The notes under the pieces are model-generated. The model worked only from the letters and a program-made list of their open reading frames with translations. It was not told the origin of the DNA and ran no database searches. A stretch of 59,319 nt of DNA from Methanobacteriota archaeon. Lineage in GTDB: Archaea; Thermoplasmatota; Thermoplasmata; RBG-16-68-12. Made by a program: the position numbers and the translations under genes. The stretch covers positions 1 to 59,319 of the forward strand of contig VBMI01000095.1 in NCBI GenBank assembly GCA_005878955.1. The letters are read 5' to 3'. Shown in pieces: positions 16,301-23,151 of this stretch; position 1 is the stretch's first letter, and each line of letters starts with the position of its first letter.

Positions 16301-18198
16301 ACGTCCCGAACCTGCGGGAGCGGCTCGTGACGCCGGCGACGGACAGCGACCTCGACTCCGTCCCCGATTCGGTCGAGCTGAACCTCGGACCCGGGCTCGC
16401 CTTCGACTTCAACAACGATGGCACGTGGGACGCGAACACGAGCCACGACGTCGACCAAGACGGCGTGACGGACTGGCCGAACGGGCAGGACCTGTGGCTC
16501 AACACAACGATCCCCGCCTGGTACCCGGTCGCCTACGCGGGACGCATCGTCCAGCGCTACATCGGGCCGATCGCCCCCCAGAAGCTCGACGGGGTGGACA
16601 GCGCGATCGTCTACCTGGACGCGGACAACAGTACCGCGACGGGGCTCATCGTGACGACCGGACCGACGACGTACGGGCTCGACTGGGCGATCGTCGTCGT
16701 GGGCCGGCACGGGACGGTCCTCTCGAGCGAACTGTTCGGGTACGTCCGCCGCGCGGGGATCCCGTGGGACCCCGTCGCCTCGGTCCCAGCCGCGGTGGAC
16801 GCCACGCGCCTCGAGGTCGCGGCGCCGAACGCGATCCTGAACCTCTCTGCCTCCTACCGCACCCTGTACTACGCGACGGACTGGCGGCTGAGCTACGACT
16901 TCGGCGTGCCCGTGCCCCCGGGCCGCTCGCCCGCGCCGCCGCCCGGGACCCGGAGCCCCGCGGGGGACAACGTCGTGATCAACGAGGTGTCGCCCCAGCC
17001 GAACCCGGAGTGGATCGAGCTCGCGAACCCGACGTCGAGCTGGATCGGCATCTCCGGCTGGGTGCTCCAGCGGCAGAAGGGGAACAAGTGGGAGCCGATC
17101 TACACGTTCTCCGGCTCCATCGGCGCCTGGGGCTCGGGCTCCGAGTACCGCGCCATCGACCTCCCCGGGAACAGCCTCCCGAACGGGCAGACGACGATCC
17201 GGATCGTCGACTCCGCGGGCCGGGTCGTGGACGTCACATCGTACCAGCCCAGCGGGAGCGGGAACACCTGGGCCCGCTTCAAGAACCCGACGACGGGCAA
17301 GCCAATGGACAGCGACAACGACGCCTCGGACTTCTACGTGTCCGCGTTCCCGTCGAAGGGCGGGCCCAACGACCGCCACCGGCCGACGATCGCGGTCGCG
17401 AAGACCGCGAACAAGGCCACCGCCGCGCCTGGCGACCTCATCACGTACACGATCTACTATAACAACACGGACACCGGCCGCGCGAACCACGTGTGGGTGA
17501 ACGACACGCTGCCGGCGCAGGTCACGTTCCAGAGCTCGGGCGTGGCGCCGACGGGGAGCTCCGGTCAGACGTACTTCTGGCACTTCGCGAACGTCGGGCC
17601 GAACACGTTCAACTCGTTCATCGTGACCGTGCGGGTGAACGACGGGACGGGAAACGGCGTCAGCCTTGTGAACAAGGCGGTCCTGGAGTACACGGACCAG
17701 CTGAACCGCAAGATGGCGGGCTCCACGGCCTGGCGGAACGTCACCGTGTGGCGACCCGTGATTACGATCGCCAAGATTGCGGACAAGAAGGTCGCGGTGC
17801 CCGGGGACACGATCGTGTACACAATCTTCTACAACAACACGGGGTTCGCGAGCGCGCAGCACGTGTGGATCAACGACACCCTCCCCGCCGACGTCACGTA
17901 CCAGACGTCGAGCATCCCCCCGACGAGCTTCTCTGGGCAGGTCTACCGCTGGCACTTCACGAACGTCGCTCCTGGAGCCCACAGCTTCACGATCACGGTG
18001 AAGGTGAACCTGAACCCGACGTCCAGCGTGCTCGTGAACTGGGTGTACCTGAACTACACGACGCAGAACGGGTGGAAGCTCGAAGAGAGCCGGTCCTCGT
18101 GGACGACGACGATCCCGGAGTTCACCGACTTTGCGCTGGTCGCCGTCGTGCCCCTCGTGTTCCTAGGGATGCGGCGTCTCCGCCGAAGGAAGGAATAG
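13399..18198 (+). CDS. 1599-aa giant transmembrane surface protein. Cytoplasmic part: HhH, three zinc ribbons, TPR-like repeats and a TNG repeat. After a TM helix, the extracellular part has a lamin-tail-like domain, two DUF11-like repeats and a PEF-CTERM-like anchor.
   Basis: All elements are read directly from the translation:
- Zinc ribbons: CPECGSFVGKGASACPFCG, CTRCGAFLHPGKTACGMCG and CPHCGAFLGRGAARCTICG.
- TM helix: WARSVVGIASVVLIMILAPIVASMLAA.
- LTD-like segment: VVINEVSPQPNPEWIELANPTSSWIGISGWVL.
- Duplicated DUF11-like repeat: PGDxITYTIxYNNT...HVWxNDTLPAxVTxQ.
- C-terminus: IPEFTDFALVAVVPLVFLGMRRLRRRKE. Confidence 0.85.
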   Translation: MDESYLSWLRLIPGVTADLAKRVAERYPDPELLRGASPKDLAEVTGMTEEVALRVLELVHTASTSDSAWYRDEPGLYLCPECGSFVGKGASACPFCGVVFDEGEESAPEGGSPVEELLQARNGEAKICTRCGAFLHPGKTACGMCGAEYLPERLEELPAVDTSPVTETDLFLCPHCGAFLGRGAARCTICGKGVAAEEKVPGLARKDKGVSKDFLTRWQRAAEEEAPAAPAPPAPRTLEDELREYERLLEADPSLVRGWVRKGRILITLGRGREAVEAFDRAGQLDPAQDSLYRSEILEALGPTDRTPLPSRWVAEPEAARIADEMRREAATLAPSRTEEEPAPRTQPAERPQEVEPAPEEEISLEDLEADVAEAPREPETPAVTSAEAASIRRALAYYDRLLAMDSGLRVAWQTKGELLLRLGRRDDAEACFQRGADLEVAERQFGREALTGLQTRGPRTAPTNGATGTGRTNGRTNGLTNGRRGRTNGSRGRTNGMTNGSDATNGLTNGLGRVNGLMSGLARGEGRTNGLVNGNGFTNGRRGRIPTAFPRARREWARSVVGIASVVLIMILAPIVASMLAAPPQARGIVIDGSFGDWAREAVLFTDPIGDAPGNPDVDLVGYKVATSDMGLYAYARVLGTAFRGANGTADVLVALIDADGKNSTGYDAGRVGADYAVELVGWDGVVHETPLYRWNSASNRTDWFGFDYVEPVPAAASQTEVEFSLGINAPTYPNARIALATVDALGRGDATDAVVEPGEPALGVAETAIAPAVISTLGEVAVLRLDLSPAGPPVAVSFVNVTTRGSLPDAAVTLSLYRDNGDGVLGPVDALEGTAAPAGRAASFPLSLSLNAATTLFVTATLSVLPANETFGVALGNVDAAAVVAVSSADLTLSYIATAPEPTVDGAFGDWSAVPRTADPVGDVANRGGVSALANANVDLTEVGSFLGSNASFYLRVDGTMLGGIDVPNLRERLVTPATDSDLDSVPDSVELNLGPGLAFDFNNDGTWDANTSHDVDQDGVTDWPNGQDLWLNTTIPAWYPVAYAGRIVQRYIGPIAPQKLDGVDSAIVYLDADNSTATGLIVTTGPTTYGLDWAIVVVGRHGTVLSSELFGYVRRAGIPWDPVASVPAAVDATRLEVAAPNAILNLSASYRTLYYATDWRLSYDFGVPVPPGRSPAPPPGTRSPAGDNVVINEVSPQPNPEWIELANPTSSWIGISGWVLQRQKGNKWEPIYTFSGSIGAWGSGSEYRAIDLPGNSLPNGQTTIRIVDSAGRVVDVTSYQPSGSGNTWARFKNPTTGKPMDSDNDASDFYVSAFPSKGGPNDRHRPTIAVAKTANKATAAPGDLITYTIYYNNTDTGRANHVWVNDTLPAQVTFQSSGVAPTGSSGQTYFWHFANVGPNTFNSFIVTVRVNDGTGNGVSLVNKAVLEYTDQLNRKMAGSTAWRNVTVWRPVITIAKIADKKVAVPGDTIVYTIFYNNTGFASAQHVWINDTLPADVTYQTSSIPPTSFSGQVYRWHFTNVAPGAHSFTITVKVNLNPTSSVLVNWVYLNYTTQNGWKLEESRSSWTTTIPEFTDFALVAVVPLVFLGMRRLRRRKE
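14788..15020 (+). repeat. In-frame degenerate tandem repeat built on ACGAACGG (Thr-Asn-Gly), inside the giant gene
   Basis: ACGAACGG or near variants recur about a dozen times at 9-18 nt spacing. They encode TNGATGTGRTNGRTNGLTNGRRGRTNGSRGRTNGMTNGSDATNGLTNGLGRVNG...RTNGLVNGNGFTNG. Confidence 0.85.
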
Positions 18199-18290
18199 AG
18201 GTACAGTGGCTGACGGCGTTCCAGGCATCGGCGGCCGTTAGAGCGGCACGTTTCGCCGCCTACCACAAGGATAGGCGACTAGCGTACCTA

Positions 18291-18430
18291 GGTCGCCGGC
18301 ACCAGCCCTCCTCGAAGGAGGGCAGGCTTCCCGCAGGCTCGCGCACTGCAGTACCGCAGGGAACGTGGGCGGGCTTAACTTCCGGGTTCGGGATGGGACC
18401 GGGTGTATCCCCGCCGCTTTGGCCGTCAAA
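18291..18430 (-). rRNA. rrf: 5S ribosomal RNA, not linked to 16S/23S in this window; ends approximate
   Basis: The reverse complement contains GCGGCGGGGAUACACCCGGUCCCAUCCCGAACCCGGAAGUUAAGCCCGCCCACGUUCCCUGCGGUACUGCAGUGCGCGAGCCUGCGGGAAGC. This includes the universal CCCAUCCCGAAC...GAAGUUAAGCC block and the loop E/helix IV region. The 3' boundary is uncertain because an extra hairpin precedes the helix I closing strand. Confidence 0.8.
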
Positions 18431-18460
18431 CCACTGCTGGGACGAGGAGAAGGGCGGGCG

Positions 18461-18467
18461 TATATCA
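18461..18467 (-). promoter_or_regulatory. Candidate TATA box for the 5S rRNA gene
   Basis: TATATCA on the + strand (TGATATA on the - strand) lies about 30 nt upstream of the proposed 5S 5' end. It overlaps the stop codon of the upstream ORF. Confidence 0.4.
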
Positions 18468-18956
18468 GGATTTCGGGGCGTCCGGTCTCGACCCGGAAGG
18501 GGGCGGGACCGGCGGGGTGTTCGCCTGCCGACCGGCGGGCCCCGGGTCTGGCGCTTCGCGCATCCCGAACCACTTCTCGAGGAACCCCCGCATCGCCGCA
18601 ACCCGTTCCATGTCCCCGTTCCAGCCGTCCAGCTCCCTCGCGTACCGCCCCTCGATCTCTCCGACGACGTGCTGGACCTGCCGCTCGAGGCGGTTCGACT
18701 CCCGCCCCCGGTACACCACGTAGAGGAGCGCGTGCCTCCCTCGACCGAAGGCGATGTGGTGGCGCCTCCCCCTCTCCATGCTCCTCACCTCGCCCACGCC
18801 GATCGAGTGGAACGAGTCGTCCATGAAGTTCTGGACGGCGGTGAACATCGCTGCGATGATCTCCGGGTCCCCGTCGATCCGCGATCGGGACAGCGTAACG
18901 AGCGGGGTCCCGCCCATGTACGTGAGGTACACCTGCTCGATCACCCGGCGGAGCAT
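18465..18956 (-). CDS. Hypothetical protein with a Roadblock/LC7-like (MglB-like) pattern
   Basis: This is the internal ATG of track ORF 18465-19076. MLRRVIEQVYLTYMGGTPLVTLSRSRIDGDPEIIAAMFTAVQNFMDDSFHSIGVGEVRSMERGRRHHIAFGRGRHALLYVVYRG shows an alternating beta/alpha pattern reminiscent of Roadblock domains, followed by a Pro-rich tail. The assignment is inferential. Confidence 0.5.
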   Translation of the reverse strand: MLRRVIEQVYLTYMGGTPLVTLSRSRIDGDPEIIAAMFTAVQNFMDDSFHSIGVGEVRSMERGRRHHIAFGRGRHALLYVVYRGRESNRLERQVQHVVGEIEGRYARELDGWNGDMERVAAMRGFLEKWFGMREAPDPGPAGRQANTPPVPPPSGSRPDAPKS

Positions 18957-19104
18957 CGTCTCCCTGCAGCGGAGCGGGTCGGTGCACGGCAGGAAAACCC
19001 TTCGGTGCCCGTTATCGAGGGTGATACGTAACGAGGCGCGCCGGCCGCCGCATTCCGCGGTCGCATGGGACAGCACCCATGGGAAGAACCCGTACGTTGG
19101 CCCC

Positions 19105-20031
19105 TCAGGGCCGGGGCATCGCCGTCTGCAGGAGCCCCATCAGCGGGTTCCCGACGAGGAATGCGAGGACGTATCCGACCGTCAGGGGGACCATGAACGG
19201 AATCTGGGGCGTGACCCATGCCTCCTTCAGCCCCGCCCCCCGCAGTCCGCGGGCGATCTCCCTCTGGTCCTGCCTCTTCGTCGGGAAGAAGACCAGGACG
19301 TGCTCCCCGTCGAGGATCTGGTCCATGAACCACGCGTGCCTCGGCACCCGGTCCAAGGGGACCTTGTAGCCCACGAGGGCCATCGGGAGCTTCGCGTGGC
19401 CCCGGGACGCGTTGTACGCGAGGAACGCGATCGGCGCGGCGACGAATAGGAGCGCGGCGTCCAGAAGCACCAGGAGGGAAAAGGGGAACAGGACCTGCAG
19501 CGCGTCCTGCAGCCTCGGGTCGAGGGCGATCATCGGGAGCGGCGGGAGCACCGGGTAGCCGGGGACGAAGGCCGCGATCACGATCATCGCCTTCGCGTCC
19601 GCGCCGCCCTTCAGCAGGTGGATCTCGTACATCCCGCGGAAGACGAGCATCATCACCGGAACGGTGAGGTATCGCAGGAACGTCGAGAGGCCCGCCGCGT
19701 CCGCCTGCAGGTCCACGAGCGCGTACGCCGCGGAACCGAGGGCGACCAGGTACGCGACGATCGAGCCCACGGGAAACTGCCATCCCTCCTCCGTCCGGAA
19801 CGATTGGCCGACGAGCGGGTCGAAGGCGAGGACCGCCGCGGGGACCAGGACGAGGCCGACCGCGGGGTCGACGCCCTGGGACCACAGGTCGACGGCGAAG
19901 AGCGCGATGGCCAGCGTCGCCATCACGATCCAGAGGCCGTCCTTCACCTTCCGCTCCCGCAAGTCCGAGGCCGCCGCGGCAGCGAGGAACGCCGCCCCGA
20001 CGACGAGACGCACGAGGTCGAGGGCGGACAT
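19105..20031 (-). CDS. A24-family aspartic peptidase (archaeal prepilin/preflagellin peptidase, FlaK/PibD-like)
   Basis: A polytopic membrane protein. The first catalytic Asp context is AAAASDLRERKVKDGLW and the second is LLKGGADAKAMIVIAAF (GxGD-type motif). Confidence 0.75.
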   Translation of the reverse strand: MSALDLVRLVVGAAFLAAAAASDLRERKVKDGLWIVMATLAIALFAVDLWSQGVDPAVGLVLVPAAVLAFDPLVGQSFRTEEGWQFPVGSIVAYLVALGSAAYALVDLQADAAGLSTFLRYLTVPVMMLVFRGMYEIHLLKGGADAKAMIVIAAFVPGYPVLPPLPMIALDPRLQDALQVLFPFSLLVLLDAALLFVAAPIAFLAYNASRGHAKLPMALVGYKVPLDRVPRHAWFMDQILDGEHVLVFFPTKRQDQREIARGLRGAGLKEAWVTPQIPFMVPLTVGYVLAFLVGNPLMGLLQTAMPRP

Positions 20032-20037
20032 GGCGCG

Positions 20038-20068
20038 TAATAATATTCCCCCTTAAAGCATATTTATC
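20038..20068. promoter_or_regulatory. AT-rich divergent promoter region between the peptidase and GTPase genes
   Basis: TAATAATATTCCCCCTTAAAGCATATTTATC contains two TATA-like elements in otherwise GC-rich DNA. It lies immediately upstream of the peptidase ATG (20031, - strand) and upstream of the GTPase gene (+ strand). Confidence 0.45.
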
Positions 20069-20209
20069 GAGGGGGACCGGAGGTTCTCATCCGACGGCAG
20101 AGGGGTGAAAAGGCTTTTTAGGCGGAACCCGAATGCGCGAGCGAATGCGTTTCACCCGTGGAGGGCGCGCCCGACTTCTGACTCTCGAACCCTCGGGAGC
20201 CTGCCCGCG

Positions 20210-20755
20210 ATGATCGAGCCGCGTCGGCTGAAGGCGAAGATCTGCCTCGTCGGCGAGCACGCCGTCGGCAAGACGTCCCTGATCCGGCGGTTCGTCCTCG
20301 ACGAGTTCGACGACCGGTACATCGTCACCCTCGGCGCCAAGGTCTCGAAGAAGGAGATGGGCTTCTCGATGCCGGATGGCACGCCCGTCCACATGGACAT
20401 GACGATTTGGGACATCATGGGGTCGAAGGGCTTCCGGGAGCTCCTGCGGGAGGCGTACTTCCACGGGGCCCAGGGGATCCTCGCGACGTGCGACACGACC
20501 CGCTACGAGACCCTCGAGGACCTCGATTCCTGGGTGGAGTCCGTGTTCCGGACCGTCGGGGAGATCCCGGTCGTGTTCGCCGTGAACAAGGGGGACCTCA
20601 AGGACCAGGCCGCCTTCGGGGAGGAGCAGATCAAGCTCGCGACGGAGGGGTTCGACTCCCCCTGGTTCCACTGCTCGGCGAAGACCGGGGAGAATGTCGA
20701 GGAGTTGTTCCGGAGCCTCGCCACGACGATCGCGGGCAACACCTTCGGGAAATAG
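20210..20755 (+). CDS. Ras-superfamily (Rab/Arf-like) small GTPase
   Basis: G1 is LVGEHAVGKTS, G3 is WDIMGSKGF (DxxG without the catalytic Gln), G4 is NKGD and G5 is CSAKTG. The start was chosen at MIEPRRLKAKICLVGE. An alternative GTG at 20105 would add an Arg-rich 35-aa extension. Confidence 0.85.
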   Translation: MIEPRRLKAKICLVGEHAVGKTSLIRRFVLDEFDDRYIVTLGAKVSKKEMGFSMPDGTPVHMDMTIWDIMGSKGFRELLREAYFHGAQGILATCDTTRYETLEDLDSWVESVFRTVGEIPVVFAVNKGDLKDQAAFGEEQIKLATEGFDSPWFHCSAKTGENVEELFRSLATTIAGNTFGK

Positions 20756-20799
20756 GTTTCCCGGAAAGGCTTTAGCCGCGGGCCCATCGTGCCGCCTCC

Positions 20800-23148
20800 A
20801 TGGCGGAGCCGAGCCCCTCCGACACCGTCCGGATCAAGGTCACCCCGGACCTCGGGCTCCCCGACGTCGTCGTGCTCGGCCTGAGCGCGATGGTGGGTGC
20901 GGGGGTCTTTGTCCTGGCGGGCACGGTCGCCCGCGTCGCCGGGGTCGCCGCGATCCTCGGGATCGGGATGGCCGCGTTCGTCGTCCTCCTGAACTCCCTC
21001 GCCTACGCGGAGCTCGCGGGGGCTCGCCCGAACGCGGCGGGGGGCGGGTACGGGTGGGTGCGGGAGACCCTCCCGCCGCCCACCGGGTTCGTGAGCGGCT
21101 GGCTCTCCTGGGCGGGGCACCTAGCGGCGGCCGCCCTCTCCGCGGCGGGGATCGGCCTCCTGGCGGACTACCTCCTCGACGAGGTATTGGGCGTGCCCGG
21201 CATCCCCGTCGGCATCCCCCTCGGGGGCGGCACGTACAACGTGTCCGAGAAGGTCCTCGCGGCCGTCGTGTTCCTCGCGTTCGTCGCGGCCCGGACGCGT
21301 CCCCACGCGCGCATCCGACGGTTCCCCTGGGTCGGCGCGCTCAAGATCACCCTCGTCGCCCTCTTCGTCGGGGTGGGCGCGGTCGCGCTGACGCGAGTCC
21401 CCGACCTCGCGGCGAAGTTCGGCTCCCCGCTGTCCCCGGGTCCGGTCGCCGGGATCACCCTCGCGGCGGGGATCTTCTTCGTCGCGTTCCAGGGGTTCGA
21501 GACGATCGCCCAGTCCGCCGACCGGGTGAAGTCGCCGCACCGCACCGTCCCGGCGGGAATCTTCATCGCCCTCGGGATCGCCGTCGTCCTGTACCTCACG
21601 TTCTACCTCGTCGCGCTCGGCAACGTCGCGACGAACACCCCCACGTGCACCACGGCCTGGGATTGCCTCGCCCAGGGACCCAGGGACCTCCGCGAGCCGG
21701 AGCTGGGCTCGTTCTTCGCGGCGAGCTCGATCGCGGGCGCGACGGGATGGCCCGTCCTCCTGTTCCTCGTGGCCGCGGTGTTCGCGATGACGACCGCCCT
21801 CGACTCAAACCTGGGGTCCGCCACGCGGGCCGTCTTCACGATGGCGCGGGACGGAAGCCTCCCGAAGTCGCTCGGAAGGATCGGGGAGAGGACCCACGCC
21901 CCCGTCGTCGCGCAGCTCGCGGGCGGCGGGGTCGGGCTCCTGTTCCTCCTCCCGCTGTCGATCGAGGGGCTCGCCGCGACCGCGGGGATCTTGTTCCTCA
22001 TTCTGTACACGCTCGTGAACTTCGCCCTCATCGCGGAGCGGCGCCGGCAACGCACGGCAGCGCGCGGGTTCCGCGGGGTCCTCGTCCCCGTCGTCCCGGC
22101 CCTCACGGCGGCCGTGAACCTCGCCCTTGCGATCGATCTGTACGGATTCCCGCGACTCGCCGACGAGGTCGCCCCGGCGGGCCAGGTCGCGTGGTACGCG
22201 GTGGGCCTGTGGCTCGCGATCGGGCTCCTCTTCCACTACTTCGCCGGGGGACGCCGGGCAGTGACGGAAATCGGGGGGAAGCCGAGGGTCGAGCTCCTCG
22301 ACGTCCTCGCCGCGAAGGAGGACCGGTTCGACCCCGCCCGGTACCGGGTCTTCCTCCCGCTGCGGGAGTTCGACGACCCCGAGCTCGTGGAGTTCGGCGC
22401 CGTCGTCGCCAAGGAGAGGGACGGGGAGCTCAGCCTCCTGAACGTCGTCGAGATCCCCGGGAACCTCCCACCGAAGGCAATCAAGTTCCGATACATGGAC
22501 GACCGGATCCGCGGTCTCCAGAAGCTCGCGCGCATCGGGGAGCGGATGGGCGTCGACACCCGCCCGGTCGTGAAGATCGGGAACCGGGTCTACGAGATCA
22601 TCCTCGACACGCTCAAAGAAGAGGACGTGAACCTCCTCGTGATGGGCTGGCGGGGGGAGCGGGTCGAGGGGGACCGTCGGATCCTCGGATCGAACATCGA
22701 CTACCTGATCGAGAACGCCCCGTGCGACGTCGTCGTGTTCAAGACGAAAGGGCTGACCCGCCCCCTCCGTCGGATCGTCGTCCTCAGCTCGCCCCTCTGG
22801 AGCGTCCGGGGCGTGGACGCCCTCGCCCTCATCCTCGCGAAAAGCCAAGGGGCGAAGATCACGGTCCTGAGCATCGTGGAGGACCCCGCGAAGGCGGAGG
22901 AGGTCAAGGGGGACGCGAGGGGCCTCCTGGAGGATGCGCTCGCCCTCGGCCTCGAGGTCGAGCAGAAGATCGTGTACTCGAAGGCGTTCGAATCCACCGC
23001 TCTCCAGGAGAGCGCGGGCGCGGACCTCCTCCTCGTGCGCGCGAGCCCACCGGGCGGGCTCCGCCGGTACGCCCTGGGGCCCGTCGAGGACCGCATCGCG
23101 AAGCTCGCGAAGGTCCCCGTCCTCATCTTCCGCAAGGGCGCGAAGTGA
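20800..23148 (+). CDS. APC-family amino acid/polyamine permease fused to tandem universal stress protein (USP) domains
   Basis: The N-terminal roughly 480 aa are polytopic (LGLSAMVGAGVFVLAG..., FQGFETIAQSADRVKSP). The C-terminal roughly 290 aa carry two USP-like modules (YRVFLPLREF...LLVMGWRGE; RIVVLSSPLW...LLLVRASPPGG). Confidence 0.8.
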   Translation: MAEPSPSDTVRIKVTPDLGLPDVVVLGLSAMVGAGVFVLAGTVARVAGVAAILGIGMAAFVVLLNSLAYAELAGARPNAAGGGYGWVRETLPPPTGFVSGWLSWAGHLAAAALSAAGIGLLADYLLDEVLGVPGIPVGIPLGGGTYNVSEKVLAAVVFLAFVAARTRPHARIRRFPWVGALKITLVALFVGVGAVALTRVPDLAAKFGSPLSPGPVAGITLAAGIFFVAFQGFETIAQSADRVKSPHRTVPAGIFIALGIAVVLYLTFYLVALGNVATNTPTCTTAWDCLAQGPRDLREPELGSFFAASSIAGATGWPVLLFLVAAVFAMTTALDSNLGSATRAVFTMARDGSLPKSLGRIGERTHAPVVAQLAGGGVGLLFLLPLSIEGLAATAGILFLILYTLVNFALIAERRRQRTAARGFRGVLVPVVPALTAAVNLALAIDLYGFPRLADEVAPAGQVAWYAVGLWLAIGLLFHYFAGGRRAVTEIGGKPRVELLDVLAAKEDRFDPARYRVFLPLREFDDPELVEFGAVVAKERDGELSLLNVVEIPGNLPPKAIKFRYMDDRIRGLQKLARIGERMGVDTRPVVKIGNRVYEIILDTLKEEDVNLLVMGWRGERVEGDRRILGSNIDYLIENAPCDVVVFKTKGLTRPLRRIVVLSSPLWSVRGVDALALILAKSQGAKITVLSIVEDPAKAEEVKGDARGLLEDALALGLEVEQKIVYSKAFESTALQESAGADLLLVRASPPGGLRRYALGPVEDRIAKLAKVPVLIFRKGAK

Positions 23149-23151
23149 CCC

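Noticed and set aside
13288-17982. Minus-strand ORFs of 725 aa and 835 aa (13288-15465, 15475-17982), plus several plus-strand alternate frames inside the giant gene
   Set aside because: They are shadow ORFs of the 1599-aa gene, whose translation contains clear Zn-ribbons, a TM helix, LTD and DUF11-like repeats. The shadow ORFs read as Arg/Gly/Pro junk.
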